Below are positions 43,072 through 54,494 of a DNA stretch of 64,000 nucleotides, one piece after another. The first letter of the stretch is position 1. Each line of letters starts with the position of its first letter. The notes beneath the pieces are model-generated. The model saw only the letters and a program-made list of their open reading frames with translations. It was not told where the DNA came from and made no database searches. This DNA is from a virus (taxonomy: Duplodnaviria > Caudoviricetes): the IMG/VR virus record IMGVR_UViG_3300011616_000006, positions 43,374-107,373 of that record. The stretch is one strand, 5' to 3'. The position numbers and the translations under genes were made by a program.

Positions 43072-44625
43072 CTATTTTATTTCGCCATGTTTGATTCTAC
43101 ATTGGGCGGTCTCACGAAAAATCGCATAATCGCCTGAAAATTTACTGAGGTAACAAATCCCGTTATCACTAGAATTTGCTCCACTTCTACATTTTTCTGT
43201 AAATATAACACGCCACACAGCAGTTGGATCGGGCTTATATTCCTCTTCTATCCATTTGTCATTGACCTTTTTTAGTCTAAAAGGATGACAATAATACTTA
43301 CTCTTAGGATCTAGTTCTTCATCAAAAACATTTCGCATAAAAAACAGATTTTCTAAAACTTCTTTTATCTGTTTTGAATTAGTTAAGACAGATGAATCCA
43401 AGAACAATTTTCCTTTCATACTTTCCAGCAGCTGAACAGATCCAAGCATTATTATGTTGTATTTCTTTGCTAATCTGTCTAATTCTCTACTATCTCGCAC
43501 AAGAGCCAAATCCTGTCTTTGTCCTTTAAAATCGTTTTCAGACAATTTAAATGTGTCTACAAGCACAGTGTCATATGCATAACGTAACACATTTTCACGA
43601 ATCTTCTTTTTGTATATTGATATATTGGATGTGTTTACTTCAATAAATTTCAATCTGCCTTTATAATTATCTCTCCAATATTCTTGGGCGATCTTTATGT
43701 ACTCTCTGTCCTCGTCCGTGATGTTTCCGCTCATCAACTTTTTCTTCGTCAGCTTGAAATATCTACAGTATTTACCCAATATCCAAACAAGAAACTTCAA
43801 TTTGAACTTTTTCGAATTTTCCTCGTTGGAAATAATAAGTATTTTTTTATCTTGATATAGCAATGCCATGATAATCGTTACCCACCAGGTACTTTTTCCT
43901 GTGCTACTAAAGCCTCCCATCATGGTAAAGGTTCCTGGTAAAAGCCCATTAATTTGCTTTGATAGAAATGGAAAGCAGTTTATCTCATCCAGATTTATAT
44001 CATCACCAGCTGTACCAAAATCAACTCCATTTTCTTCTCCGCTTGAACACGATTCAATGAATGAATCCGGGAAATCGATTTCTTCTTCTTCCAACACACT
44101 ACTTGACTGACCACAATCGTAACTCTCTATTCTTGCAGAATACCAATCACACACTTCTTCCGCAGTCATTTTTCGCAACAGTTTAAGCGGAATCACAAAT
44201 TTCTCATTGAGGCTTATCTTCCCCAACAGATTAAAACCATCTCTGTGCATACTAAGCAGTATGTTTTCGCGATATAGGATATCTAAATATATATCAAAGT
44301 TTTTTGCATTTATTATTTCAATTTGATGTTGAATTGTTTCCCACCCACCGCAAGCGTTATATCTTTCGATAACCTCTTCATTCATATTGCTAAGAATTGT
44401 AACTTCATCCAGGGAATAGAACCCCTTCTTCCTTAACTGCTTCAGCAGCGAAAAATAGAAGTAACCATCTTGCGTAATGAAATTTTCAGATTCTAGCGTT
44501 GTTTCATCTAATAAAAGCATATCATTGAAAAAACAGCTAACAACATTTCCTTCTATTTCAAGACGGCCTTTTAACAATTGTTCAGGATATTTATCTTTAA
44601 CGCCTGTCAGGAAATCCTTTTCCAA
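43072..44625 (-). CDS. DnaB-like replicative helicase
   Basis: GGFSSTGKS, ISNEE, VDTFK, SVQL, KCRSG. Confidence 0.88.
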   Translation of the reverse strand: MEKDFLTGVKDKYPEQLLKGRLEIEGNVVSCFFNDMLLLDETTLESENFITQDGYFYFSLLKQLRKKGFYSLDEVTILSNMNEEVIERYNACGGWETIQHQIEIINAKNFDIYLDILYRENILLSMHRDGFNLLGKISLNEKFVIPLKLLRKMTAEEVCDWYSARIESYDCGQSSSVLEEEEIDFPDSFIESCSSGEENGVDFGTAGDDINLDEINCFPFLSKQINGLLPGTFTMMGGFSSTGKSTWWVTIIMALLYQDKKILIISNEENSKKFKLKFLVWILGKYCRYFKLTKKKLMSGNITDEDREYIKIAQEYWRDNYKGRLKFIEVNTSNISIYKKKIRENVLRYAYDTVLVDTFKLSENDFKGQRQDLALVRDSRELDRLAKKYNIIMLGSVQLLESMKGKLFLDSSVLTNSKQIKEVLENLFFMRNVFDEELDPKSKYYCHPFRLKKVNDKWIEEEYKPDPTAVWRVIFTEKCRSGANSSDNGICYLSKFSGDYAIFRETAQCRIKHGEIK

Positions 44626-44631
44626 TATGTT

Positions 44632-45108
44632 TTATCCCTCCAATTCTATTTCAGCCAAACTCCTTCGGCATTTTTGTGGCTTATATTTCATTTCAATCAC
44701 ATCAACTGAAACTTGTTTTTTTATATTCAGAATTTCTTTTCGAGTAAAATCAGCCAAAGAATTCTTGAGTATTGCTGTGAAGTAACGAATTTGAGCAAAT
44801 TCACTCTTGAAGTCCTTTCCGACGATAGAGGACAATTGATTCTCGTTCTCTTTTAAATAGGCGAATATTTGTGAGTATGTATATATATTTGCCAGATCTT
44901 GTATTTCCTTAAATAAAATGGTATTTGTAATTCTTCGGCCAAATATTTCATAAATCAGAATGAATGTATTATCCTTTTCATCCTTTCTCTTGTTCCATTC
45001 ATCGCATTCCTCTTTGCTACAGTAATAGACATTCTTTTCTTTTATGATCTTTTTATAGGCCAAGCTTCTCTCGATCTTATTGCCACAAATCTTACATTTT
45101 ACGAGTAT
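44632..45108 (-). CDS. Zinc-finger replication protein (possible helicase loader; probable AUA start)
   Basis: VKCKIC...YYCSKEEC; SD GGGGGTG 5 nt before ATA at 45108. Confidence 0.6.
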   Translation of the reverse strand: MLVKCKICGNKIERSLAYKKIIKEKNVYYCSKEECDEWNKRKDEKDNTFILIYEIFGRRITNTILFKEIQDLANIYTYSQIFAYLKENENQLSSIVGKDFKSEFAQIRYFTAILKNSLADFTRKEILNIKKQVSVDVIEMKYKPQKCRRSLAEIELEG

Positions 45109-45170
45109 AATTTCACCCCCCTTTAAAATCAAAGCAGGGAATCGAACCCTACTTCGACAATTTTTAAGTA

Positions 45171-46319
45171 TTAATTATTTAGTTTGTCATACAATTTTTT
45201 CAGTTCATCATCTGGAACATCTGTAAATTTACCAAATGTCTTAACTGTTTCTCTCACTTCTGTCTTGAGATCATCAACCTTACAATTTTTGAACAGATCC
45301 CTTGTTGCCCCAATCAGATCATCAGGATAATTATCATCATCAAAAGGAAGTTCATTCACTGTGTCTTCATTCGTGGTATCATCCTGCAACTCGTCTTTAT
45401 CAATGTCGTCTTTTCCTGAATCTTCAGTAACTTCCCTTTGTGTAGTCTTGCTGTTGACAAATTTGGAAACGCTAGATGCTTCAATAGCATCTTCTAGTGC
45501 CTTAATAAAAGCATCTGAATTCATTGGAACACTGTCAACAATTCCACTAAATCTCGACTTACTATCAACAGAATAATTATCATCTCTAAATACAATTTTT
45601 CTGTATTCCTCTTTCACTTTGTTAACTGTTATTTCTTTTTTGGTAGCAATATTTTTTCTACCGGTTCCCTCCACCTCAATGGTTCTGTCAATACAGCCCA
45701 TTCCAACAACATGCATCTTTGATTTAAATCCATTGAAGTATTTTTGCATCATATTTGTTGTTAGCGTTGTATATGTTGAATTTGAGATTGGATCAATGAT
45801 ATCACGAACTTTGACATGACCTGTATACCAAACCCGAACACCAACCTGTTTCAATGCCCACACCTTATTTAAAATAATTTCAACAACTTTATCTTCACCT
45901 CGCCCAAATCCACCACAAGCAGCATTTAATGTTTTAGCGGGAACAAAATCCTTTTTTCCAAGATTCTCTGAGTTCCATGCACGAACAACTTCTGGCTCAG
46001 TGATTTCAATGATCTGATCCAGAGTATCAAAAATAACCACCTTTAAGTCTGGATAATCTGTCTTCTTATTTTTCACGATATCAGACACTACAGCATCGAA
46101 TTTCTTCCAATTTTCAATATCCTCATAAGACGCATAAGGTAAGCAGTCAACTCCCTGTTCTTTACCAGCATTAAATATCATGTAGCCATCTGACCCAAAA
46201 AGTTTTTCGCAGGTCTCATACATGGTTGTTGTTTTACCAATTCCACTTTCTCCCAATAAGCATACCGAATAATTTTCTAATCCTTTTTTAACAACATTCT
46301 TTTTTCCAAACTTAGCCAT
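45171..46319 (-). CDS. AAA-family ATPase (AAA_24/Sak4-like)
   Basis: GESGIGKTT, VIFDTLD, TGHVK. Confidence 0.82.
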   Translation of the reverse strand: MAKFGKKNVVKKGLENYSVCLLGESGIGKTTTMYETCEKLFGSDGYMIFNAGKEQGVDCLPYASYEDIENWKKFDAVVSDIVKNKKTDYPDLKVVIFDTLDQIIEITEPEVVRAWNSENLGKKDFVPAKTLNAACGGFGRGEDKVVEIILNKVWALKQVGVRVWYTGHVKVRDIIDPISNSTYTTLTTNMMQKYFNGFKSKMHVVGMGCIDRTIEVEGTGRKNIATKKEITVNKVKEEYRKIVFRDDNYSVDSKSRFSGIVDSVPMNSDAFIKALEDAIEASSVSKFVNSKTTQREVTEDSGKDDIDKDELQDDTTNEDTVNELPFDDDNYPDDLIGATRDLFKNCKVDDLKTEVRETVKTFGKFTDVPDDELKKLYDKLNN

Positions 46320-46380
46320 TACAATCTCCTTTAATTAATGTTTTGGAAGGGGCGAAAACAATCGCCCCATATTATATTGA

Positions 46381-47586
46381 TTACAGGTCGTCGTCATCAT
46401 CCTCAAAGAGACCCGGAACATCTTCAGGAAGATCTTCGTTGAGAGGTTTGATTATCATATCATCAACTGAATAGACTGTTTCCTGTTTTCCTTTAGTGAA
46501 TCCGCGCGCCGGTTTAACAAATTGTAATTCCTGAATCCTATCCCCATATACACTCCCGCCAAGTTCTGCTCTAATGTCATCCAAGGTGATAAGTCCGCAG
46601 TCAATGTCCTCTCTCTGGTCATCTGTCAACATATCGTTAGTAATTTCAACCTTCTGTGCGCCATTAATCATACTTACGACAACTCCATATTCATAAACCT
46701 TATCGTCATCAATTGTAAACTTACGCAAGATTGCTTTGACGCGCTTTGCTTCCTTTTCATCTTCAGATCCTAAAATTGCAATAGTGATGGGAACCGGAAT
46801 ATTGACCTTGCGATTTGATTCATATTCCATATGAAATCCATTTACATAATATTTTCCTGTTTCCTCAAAAGACAGATCATCAAGTGAGTTAGAATCAAAC
46901 AAAACGTTTACTGTCGCAGTAGAATATTCTTCTGCATCTTCTGCTGCTAAATAAATGCGATTGGGAATATAATTTTCGTATACTCTTTGCTTATCATCTG
47001 AATATGAATAGTCTGCATTGCCTCGAATAAGAAACTTATTATTATCGTATTTACCGCTGTCAATAACCTTTTTGATAAAATCAACAAAGTCCCATTCTGA
47101 AATATATTCATGTCTTCTCTTTTTGCTTTTTTCTAACTCTTCAGCAACATCTGCTTCTGATGTCACTTCAATTTCTTTTAGTTCTTCATCTGTAAGGCTG
47201 GTTCCCTCTTTAACCTTTTCGGCAGCTTTCTCAAGTTTGTATCGTCTTCCTGGCTTCTCAAGATCGAATACAAACTTCTTAAATTCTGCGATTTCAGGAA
47301 TATATTTTGAAGTAAGTCTTTCTTTAAATGGTATTTGAATTGGTTCGCCTTTCACTTTCTTACCAGATGCATCAGTTGATCCCTTCGTAAAAGAATAAAC
47401 ATCCCCATGTCCATCAGCAAAGGCCCCAGCTTTTACTTGTAATAAATGTCTGCTATCACCACAGGTTGCAGTAAACCTAATTGTTTTGTTCATCCAACCA
47501 GATGACTCATAATTTTTTTCTTCATATGGATGAAATTTCTCACTATCTTTGCCCAAACTCAACTTTCCAATCATTTCAAAATTCAT
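46381..47586 (-). CDS. Probable phage ssDNA-binding protein
   Basis: Head of replication block; acidic tail FEDDDDDL. Confidence 0.6.
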   Translation of the reverse strand: MNFEMIGKLSLGKDSEKFHPYEEKNYESSGWMNKTIRFTATCGDSRHLLQVKAGAFADGHGDVYSFTKGSTDASGKKVKGEPIQIPFKERLTSKYIPEIAEFKKFVFDLEKPGRRYKLEKAAEKVKEGTSLTDEELKEIEVTSEADVAEELEKSKKRRHEYISEWDFVDFIKKVIDSGKYDNNKFLIRGNADYSYSDDKQRVYENYIPNRIYLAAEDAEEYSTATVNVLFDSNSLDDLSFEETGKYYVNGFHMEYESNRKVNIPVPITIAILGSEDEKEAKRVKAILRKFTIDDDKVYEYGVVVSMINGAQKVEITNDMLTDDQREDIDCGLITLDDIRAELGGSVYGDRIQELQFVKPARGFTKGKQETVYSVDDMIIKPLNEDLPEDVPGLFEDDDDDL

Positions 47587-47726
47587 ATATATTCAATTAC
47601 CTCCGTATAATTATTTGTATATAAACTTTGCTACTGGGACGAATCTTTGAAATATGAATTTCGTCTTATTTAATTTTTTTATTTCTATAGCCAAATGGTT
47701 GAACTATTAATATCGTGCACATATTT

Positions 47727-47780
47727 TGGACACTAAGGGAGTCGAACCCTTCCACCATAAGAACCCACATTCTAGCGCCC
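47727..47780 (-). ncRNA. tRNA-like element lacking an anticodon arm
   Basis: Acceptor GGGCGCT/AGTGTCC+A, T arm AAGGG-TTCGACT-CCCTT, only 22 nt between them. Confidence 0.55.
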
Positions 47781-48919
47781 GTCACACTTGCGATATCATA
47801 GTTTAAGCTTAAAAAAAATATAAAAATCAAACCATCTATATAAAGTCACAGCAGCAAAGGATATTTTAGTTCATTGAAAACCTTCTTTTATTCGTTTGGC
47901 TATCCCAGTGGATTTATCCCGAAGCAACCAATTGCCTCAACAACTACAGGATTATCACTGACTAATGTAATCTCACTCTCTTCAATAATCCCGTACACCT
48001 CACTGTGTTTTCCCTCACACTCTCCCAAAAATAACTCTTGACCAATCAGGCCCCTAACTTCTTCATCAGTGGCTGTAAACAAACCACCGATAAAGGCATA
48101 GTCAGAATCCCATTCAAATTTCCATAGTTTTTTCACTTAAAATCACCTCACTTTCTCCAAAAAAAGGTGCAAAAAATATAGAGCTGCTTAAATCAGCACT
48201 ATATCGTCTCCGATATTTAGTTTTTCCACCATATTTGATTCGTCACAAATAACTTTGTTCATATCCATATGCGTAATGACCAACGATCAATTTGCATTTC
48301 TCACATTGAATATCGGCTTCGCACAAAATAGATCCAATACCGTCTAAATAGTCTTTATTCGTATAGACAAGAGCCTTACAGCCACACTTACACATTATTG
48401 GTTCATGATACTTATTTTCATAACCTAGTGCACGCATCTTCAGATGGTGAATCTCCTCGCTTAAAATGAACATTAGCAACTCAATACGTCGTTTAATCTG
48501 GGCATCCCTTTTTTTCTTATTTTGTCTCAATATATACCTTTTCTTCGCTTACTATTTTCCAGAACACATAATTTGATTTTGGGATTCCGCATACACGCCC
48601 AGACTTAAAATCATCAACTGTGTAACTACAATATACTGGGCGACACTTTATATCATCAAACCATATAGGAACAAAATCCACCCCATCTGCGCCATATTCA
48701 AGCATCATATCAAAAATAGTCTTCATTAATACCTCATCTCTATCAATAAAATATTGGTTTCTTTTATCTCATGAGTAATCATCACACGAGTCATTATAAT
48801 CAACATAATCTCCATGACGTTGACAGTAACCATCTTCGCAACTCATTGTGAGATAATAAGCACAATCTTCACATCTATCATAATCCATTTAAATTCCCTT
48901 TCTTTAATACAAATTTTAA

Positions 48920-49552
48920 TCAGTCTTCGTCATTCGTCTCCATCAGTTCATCACAATTGCCACATTTAATTTTTGCATCGCGCCCGGCCTTAGCAGTCTG
49001 ATCACATCCTGAACAGATATATTTGAACGACTTCTTTTCTCTCGGTTTTTTTACTTTCACTGGTACAACAGATCCAAGCCGGAAATATTTAAATGCTTTT
49101 GGATCAGGTTTCATTTCTTCAACGATAAAAGTTTTCAATGATTCCGACAGTGATGTATAGCCCCATCCATATTGTTTTGACTTTTCACAGATCAGACCAA
49201 CTCGTTCCGCTGCAGTCTTAAACTTCTTATTATGTACTTGACCGTTACAGTCTTTGATCTCATTTTGTCTATTAACGTAGTGAACCATTTCATGATGAAG
49301 GGTCTCAATAATTTCTTCTGCCGGACGATTCATATTTACCGGATTAATATTAATCTCGTACCTAGCGGATTCTTCATTCTCAGTTTCGTTTTGATTCTTC
49401 CATACTTTTCCCAGCGTAAAATGTCCCAGATTATTTGGTCTTGATTTCTGAATTGATATAACCGGTTCTGGTAATTTTCCTTCATAATACTTTGCGTTTA
49501 AGATATCAAAACATCTATGTAGCTCATCGAGAGCTGCGCCTATAATATTCAA
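48920..49552 (-). CDS. SprT-like zinc metalloprotease
   Basis: TLHHEMVH..HNKKFK, C-terminal CxxC pairs. Confidence 0.85.
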   Translation of the reverse strand: MNIIGAALDELHRCFDILNAKYYEGKLPEPVISIQKSRPNNLGHFTLGKVWKNQNETENEESARYEININPVNMNRPAEEIIETLHHEMVHYVNRQNEIKDCNGQVHNKKFKTAAERVGLICEKSKQYGWGYTSLSESLKTFIVEEMKPDPKAFKYFRLGSVVPVKVKKPREKKSFKYICSGCDQTAKAGRDAKIKCGNCDELMETNDED

Positions 49553-49582
49553 TAATAACTCCTCTCATATAATGCAGGTCAA

Positions 49583-49826
49583 TCAGTCACCCGTTACCCA
49601 AATATATGCCGCCATTATACATCCCAGCCAGGCAATTAATCCTCCAACACAAGAAGCAAATACACATTTAACAAATGTAATTCCCACCACCGAGGCTGTC
49701 AATGTTCCTGTATCAAATGCGCGACAAGCTGCTAAAATCGGCTGTACAAACAATACCCAACCACCAAGGTAAAGACCACTAAAGATTCCCATCGCGCCTA
49801 TCAAAAAAAGCTATTATATTTCGCAT
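49583..49826 (-). pseudogene. Small membrane protein gene frameshifted in a T7 tract
   Basis: SD GGAGG and ATG at 49826 (MRNIIAF) are out of frame with the hydrophobic remainder; T6 instead of T7 at 49803-49809 restores it. Confidence 0.6.
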
Positions 49827-49886
49827 CTAAAATCCTCCACTTTGTTTCTGTCTATCAATCTTTGAATATTTGTTGAATGTGTCGTT

Positions 49887-52078
49887 TCATTCGTTAATCT
49901 GCTCGAACTCTGCACAGTACATTGCCCTATCGAGCTGATTGAAGGTCAAGCAATCAGAGACGCCGGTTCTTCTGTTAACACAGTATATCCCTGTTGCATA
50001 CGTGCGCCATCTGCTCGTACCAGCAGCCGTTAACTCTGTTGAAAAATCATAAATATCTCCAACCTTTAAATCGCGAAACAATTGACATTTTGATTTCCTG
50101 TATATCTCAGTGCATTTTGCGGTACATTTTAAATCCATAACCCCTCCTAACTATAGTTTGCTTCTGGTTCGGCCTCGGGTGTAATCCCCTCCTCTGCCGA
50201 ATTATCATCAATCTGCAACTTGCAAAATGATCTCTTTAAGCTACAAAGAAATACTTCGAATGAGTTCATATATCTTAGTGAAGAAATATCCGGATTGCAT
50301 CGATAATCTATATCCCATTTTTCTCCATCATATTTTTGCCATCTTGTGATCGGAATTGAGAAATTCATATCCTCATCATGTTCACACTCAAAAACTATAT
50401 TGGCCTTCTCAAAATCAGACCAGGAACAACCAGCTTCATATTCCACTTCCATTGTACATTCCACTGATTCATACGTTGGCTCATCATCAGTATTGACTTC
50501 CAGCCCATTCGTCTCAACATTGGCAGCTACATAATTACACCATTGCTCAAACAACTCTGAGGTCTTAATGACCTTTCGCCCATCTTCAATCATAAGTTCC
50601 TTAAAATTCTCAAGGATTTTCTTATTTTCAACCAAAGATGTAGAATTAACAATTTCTGTTAATACCGTATCTAACTTAACTATGTATTCCGAGAAATCAG
50701 TTTTTTCAATAGCTGGAGCCATTACAGATTCCACCTTTTCTCTAATTGCTTTTCCTACTATCCCGTAACTTCGGAATATTTCTGCCATAGCCTCATTGAT
50801 ACCTTTTTCAAACTTTTCAGACATGATTTTTTCTATCGAACCGTCTGAGAGCTTCTCTTCAATAATTCCCTTAATGTTTTCTTCTAAAGTCATATATCCT
50901 CCTATTTGACATGTAATAATCAATCACAATTTAACAACTTCCACCGTCATATGGAATAAAGTTCTCTTCGCAGTCCTCCGGCAAGCACACGCCACAGTCC
51001 CAACAATTATAATCATCATCATAAATTCCATGGCAACAACTACTGCAATCATTCACGGGTTCACTTTTATTAAAATCGCTCATCACTCTAAATCACCTTC
51101 CTGAAATAAAGATTTCAACTGTTCAACCAACTGTTTTCTAAATAGTAAAAGCCATACACAATAGCTCCTGTGAGAACTAGCCAGAGGAGCCAAAAAACAA
51201 CCACCGCTAAGATAACCATTAATATAAATGCTGGACTAATCTATAGCACCTCCTGCTTAGATCAAATTGAAGATTGCCCACCTCAGTGTTTCTGCCGCAT
51301 AGCTATCCTGCTCTACCTCAGCTCTAGTCAATAAATCCTTTAATTTGGTAAGCTTTGGTTCTTTGTTTTCCTTCAAGTATTGTAACTCTTCTTTATTTAA
51401 ATGTTTCGCTGCCGACGCACGACTTTCGATCTGCCGTTCGACAATCCTAAATTCATCTTTATTAAGCCATTTAATCCATTTCCCACACTTTGAACAGTAA
51501 AGCCCTTTGTTATTACCAGACGTTTTAATAAAGACATCGCTTGAAAGACATTTATTACATGAAAACATTATTACACTTCCTTTCCCTTTAAAAGAGTGGA
51601 TTCAAGCCTATAAGCATTTCCCTAATATCTGAGGAAAATTATATGAGCTTGGTAACTGTCCGATCAGATTAACCTCAACTTCTGTTACTCCGTTTTTTGT
51701 TTTTACCATAACAAAATCCCCCTTTTTAATAAGCTCTGGTTTCATTGATTTTGGAAGCTTCCACCCGGATTTTTTACCACTATTTAAATAGGTTCCAATC
51801 ACGTAAGTAGAAAGAGACTTATTATTTCCTCTAAATAAACGTTGCCAAGCGGATGGTTCGTCAAATTTCACTTTAACACGCTTTACCCCGGCTTCCTTCA
51901 AAACTAAATATAATATGTATCCATCAATCAGTTCATGTTGCTTGTTTATAACGATGTACCGATCTTGAATCTTCTTATGGATATAATTATCCCTACAGAG
52001 TTTTAGTTTCACTGGACTGGGTGATGACCTGGCAAAGTCATCTGTAATAGTTATATCTGTTAATTTTATAGTCTTCAT
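49887..52078 (-). other. Hypothetical ORFs 49887-50138, 50147-50893, 51257-51568 (zinc ribbon), 51608-52078 (ParB-N-like LIDGY)
   Basis: SD-led minus-strand ORFs, several separated by the 16-bp junction motif. Confidence 0.6.
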
Positions 52079-52306
52079 GCTTCCCCCCCCTATGAAAGAG
52101 CAGTTTCACTGTATACTTCGGAACTGGTTAAGGCCTATTTTTTTCTCCGAAAACATTTCCCAGAATACCAAGCTCGGTATCCCTGATCATTTTTAACCAT
52201 AATACAGTCACCATCTGAACAATAAACTAAATACTACTTATTTTCTATAAATCCATATTCTTCTGCTGCCGAAGTCGCAACAGCCATTTCTCCAATTTTA
52301 AACGAA

Positions 52307-53009
52307 TTACAGATCATCATAAGTTCTGTCTGGCTCCTTTATTAACTTAAGCAATTCTTTATAATATAAATCATCAAAATCTTTTTTGTTTCTAATTGTA
52401 AAGCTTAAATCGCATTCATCACACTCCCAAGATACCTCTCCATATTCCCAGTCCTCATCAGTCCAGTTTGTTTCCCCCTTTTCGTGTGCGATCTTCATTT
52501 TTTCATATTCTTCTGAAGATAAAAAATGTCGTCCTCTATCGCATAAACACCCTATCTCACATTCTCTTTTTTGTGATTTTATGATCACATAAGAAATCAT
52601 ATAGTTTTTCACACAACAAATCATCTCGCCCATAAATATCTGTCAGTCGACTCTGAACATAGCATCCAGTTCTAAACTGGCACAATAGTTCATCCAGTTT
52701 TTTTATTCGCTCTTCACTTAAAAAATCAACTTGATTCAGTTCCGGATAATAAACCGCCTTCTTGAGTTCTGGATATCTTTCTTGTCTCTTATTCTCATAA
52801 ATTTCCATCACCCTAGCTTCCATATCTTTTGTAATATGGTACTTTAGACATGGCATGACAGCCTTCATGTCCTCGTAGTCCAGTGCTTCGAATTCCGAAA
52901 TATTCAACTTCGACACTGCTTCTTTGAGGTCTAGCATAACCTGTTTTGCAAAAGCCTGAGCCTTTTCATACTCCTCATAAGCCAGTTTTATGTTCTTGAT
53001 CGTATTTAT
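52307..53009 (-). pseudogene. Hypothetical gene split by a frameshift in an A6 tract (probable AUA start at 53009)
   Basis: ORFs 52557-52937 and 52307-52633 fuse (HKITKRECEIGC) if one A is removed at 52567-52572; SD GAGGAGG precedes an in-frame ATA. Confidence 0.55.
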
Positions 53010-53233
53010 CCTTTTTCCTCCTCATTCAAACTGTAGGTCTTTTTGCCAAATGTAGCCAAGACTCCCATCATCATCAAATCTAACAAGACAATCCCCAGCT
53101 ACGTTCTGTGTGACTACACCTGTTTCACCCAAATGGGCCGAAGAAGCAACTCTTTCAGAATTTTGTATTACCAAAACCCTATCGCCTACTTTATAATTAT
53201 TTTTCATTCTCACCGTCTCCTTCTATAAAAGAC

Positions 53234-54268
53234 CTATTTTAAAAGTTGCTCAATATACCGCTCCATCTCATATGTCAGCTTCACACAGTTACCATGAGAT
53301 ATGTGATTCTTCCAGGAATTATAAGACTCTTGAAACTTTTCGGTACTCAGTTTACCCTTCGTAACCAACCGAGCCATCTTTTTGAATTTCTTTTTGGCCG
53401 CTCGTTTGTTTTCGTTCTTCAACTTTTGAATCACTTTGCCATCCATTGTTACATATGTGTGAAATCCACAAAACTTAATTCCATTCTTGAATGGCATGAT
53501 TTGTGTTTTACCATTAAGTGTCAGTCCTAAAGATTCTGCAAATATCATAATGGCATTTAAGCATTCTTTTGCATAACCTCGGCCCGACACAATCATATAA
53601 AAATCGTCCATGTATCTACCATAATACTTAACACCAAGCTCCCCGGTCACAAAATGATCTAATCCAGATAAATACAGCAGTGCATAAACCTGGCTAACCT
53701 GATTCCCCAAGGGGATTCCTACGCCATCTGTGCTATCTACAAACTTCTCACAAAGCCAATACACTTTTGGGTCTGACACATAATACTCCAATATATCTTT
53801 TAGAACATTGTGATCTATAATATAGAAGAATTTGCTCACATCAGCTTTTATGATCCAGCAGTCATAACCGAACCTTTCATATGCGGCCAACATATCACTC
53901 TTCAGCCAGTTAAGACCATACAGAGTGCCCTTATTTATTTGCCCAGCAAAATTATTGGGTATGAATTCGGATGATAGTATTGGAAGGAGTACATTATCAC
54001 ACAAACTATGCTGCACAATCTTATCTTTGAATCCACCAGCCTTAATGACTCTCTCTTTTGGTTCATATATTCTAAATTCATTGTATGGAGAGACGGTATA
54101 TTGACCTGTTTCTAATAGCCGTTTTATCTGCAGCACACCATCAAGGGCCGCTGTCTGGAACTTTTGACTTCCTTTATTCTTACCATTTCCCTGTTTAGAG
54201 CGTTTATATGCCTTATACAAATTTTCAAAATCAGCAATCGCTTCAAACCCGTTACTATCTTCGATCAT
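53234..54268 (-). CDS. DGR reverse transcriptase
   Basis: 344 aa; YEPKER, KADVSKFF, GIPLGNQVSQ (DGR-type GxxxSQ), YGRYMDD, FCGF. Confidence 0.96.
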   Translation of the reverse strand: MIEDSNGFEAIADFENLYKAYKRSKQGNGKNKGSQKFQTAALDGVLQIKRLLETGQYTVSPYNEFRIYEPKERVIKAGGFKDKIVQHSLCDNVLLPILSSEFIPNNFAGQINKGTLYGLNWLKSDMLAAYERFGYDCWIIKADVSKFFYIIDHNVLKDILEYYVSDPKVYWLCEKFVDSTDGVGIPLGNQVSQVYALLYLSGLDHFVTGELGVKYYGRYMDDFYMIVSGRGYAKECLNAIMIFAESLGLTLNGKTQIMPFKNGIKFCGFHTYVTMDGKVIQKLKNENKRAAKKKFKKMARLVTKGKLSTEKFQESYNSWKNHISHGNCVKLTYEMERYIEQLLK

Positions 54269-54313
54269 AATATTTCATTCCTTTATATTTATCCTTACCT
54301 AAGCGGCAAGGAA

Positions 54314-54486
54314 AGGTTATTCATTCATTTGATGGCGGGACTCTCATTTCAGGGATTTCCCTTACTTTTTCTCGTTTTCCGCCCCAGAGCGGGCGCACAC
54401 CTTTGTCGTAGTCATAGTCGTTGTAGTTGACACTGCCGTTGCTGTTGACATACTGAACATAGTGGTTGCCATACAATGAATAACCT
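54314..54486 (-). ncRNA. Predicted DGR template RNA closed by a 12-bp terminal stem
   Basis: AGGTTATTCATT (54486-54475) is the exact complement of AATGAATAACCT (54325-54314); further hairpins lie 3' of TR. Confidence 0.7.
54390..54473 (-). repeat. DGR template repeat (TR), 84 bp
   Basis: TATGGCAACCACTATGTTCAGTATGTCAACAGCAACGGCAGTGTCAACTACAACGACTATGACTACGACAAAGGTGTGCGCCCG; AAC-rich; lies between avd and RT. Confidence 0.96.
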
Positions 54487-54494
54487 ACTAATGA

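Noticed and set aside
45132-45154. Hairpin with tRNA T-loop sequence (GGG-TTCGATT-CCC)
   Set aside because: No acceptor, D or anticodon arm; followed by T-rich sequence, so more simply an intergenic terminator or processing hairpin
52557-52580. A-AAA-AAG slippery heptamer suggesting a programmed -1 frameshift
   Set aside because: The -1 frame stops within five codons; joining the two ORFs needs +1, so a homopolymer slip fits better
53234-54268. RT as a group II intron, retron or Abi RT
   Set aside because: Short length, GxxxSQ motif, adjacent avd and an A-specific TR/VR pair identify it as a DGR RT
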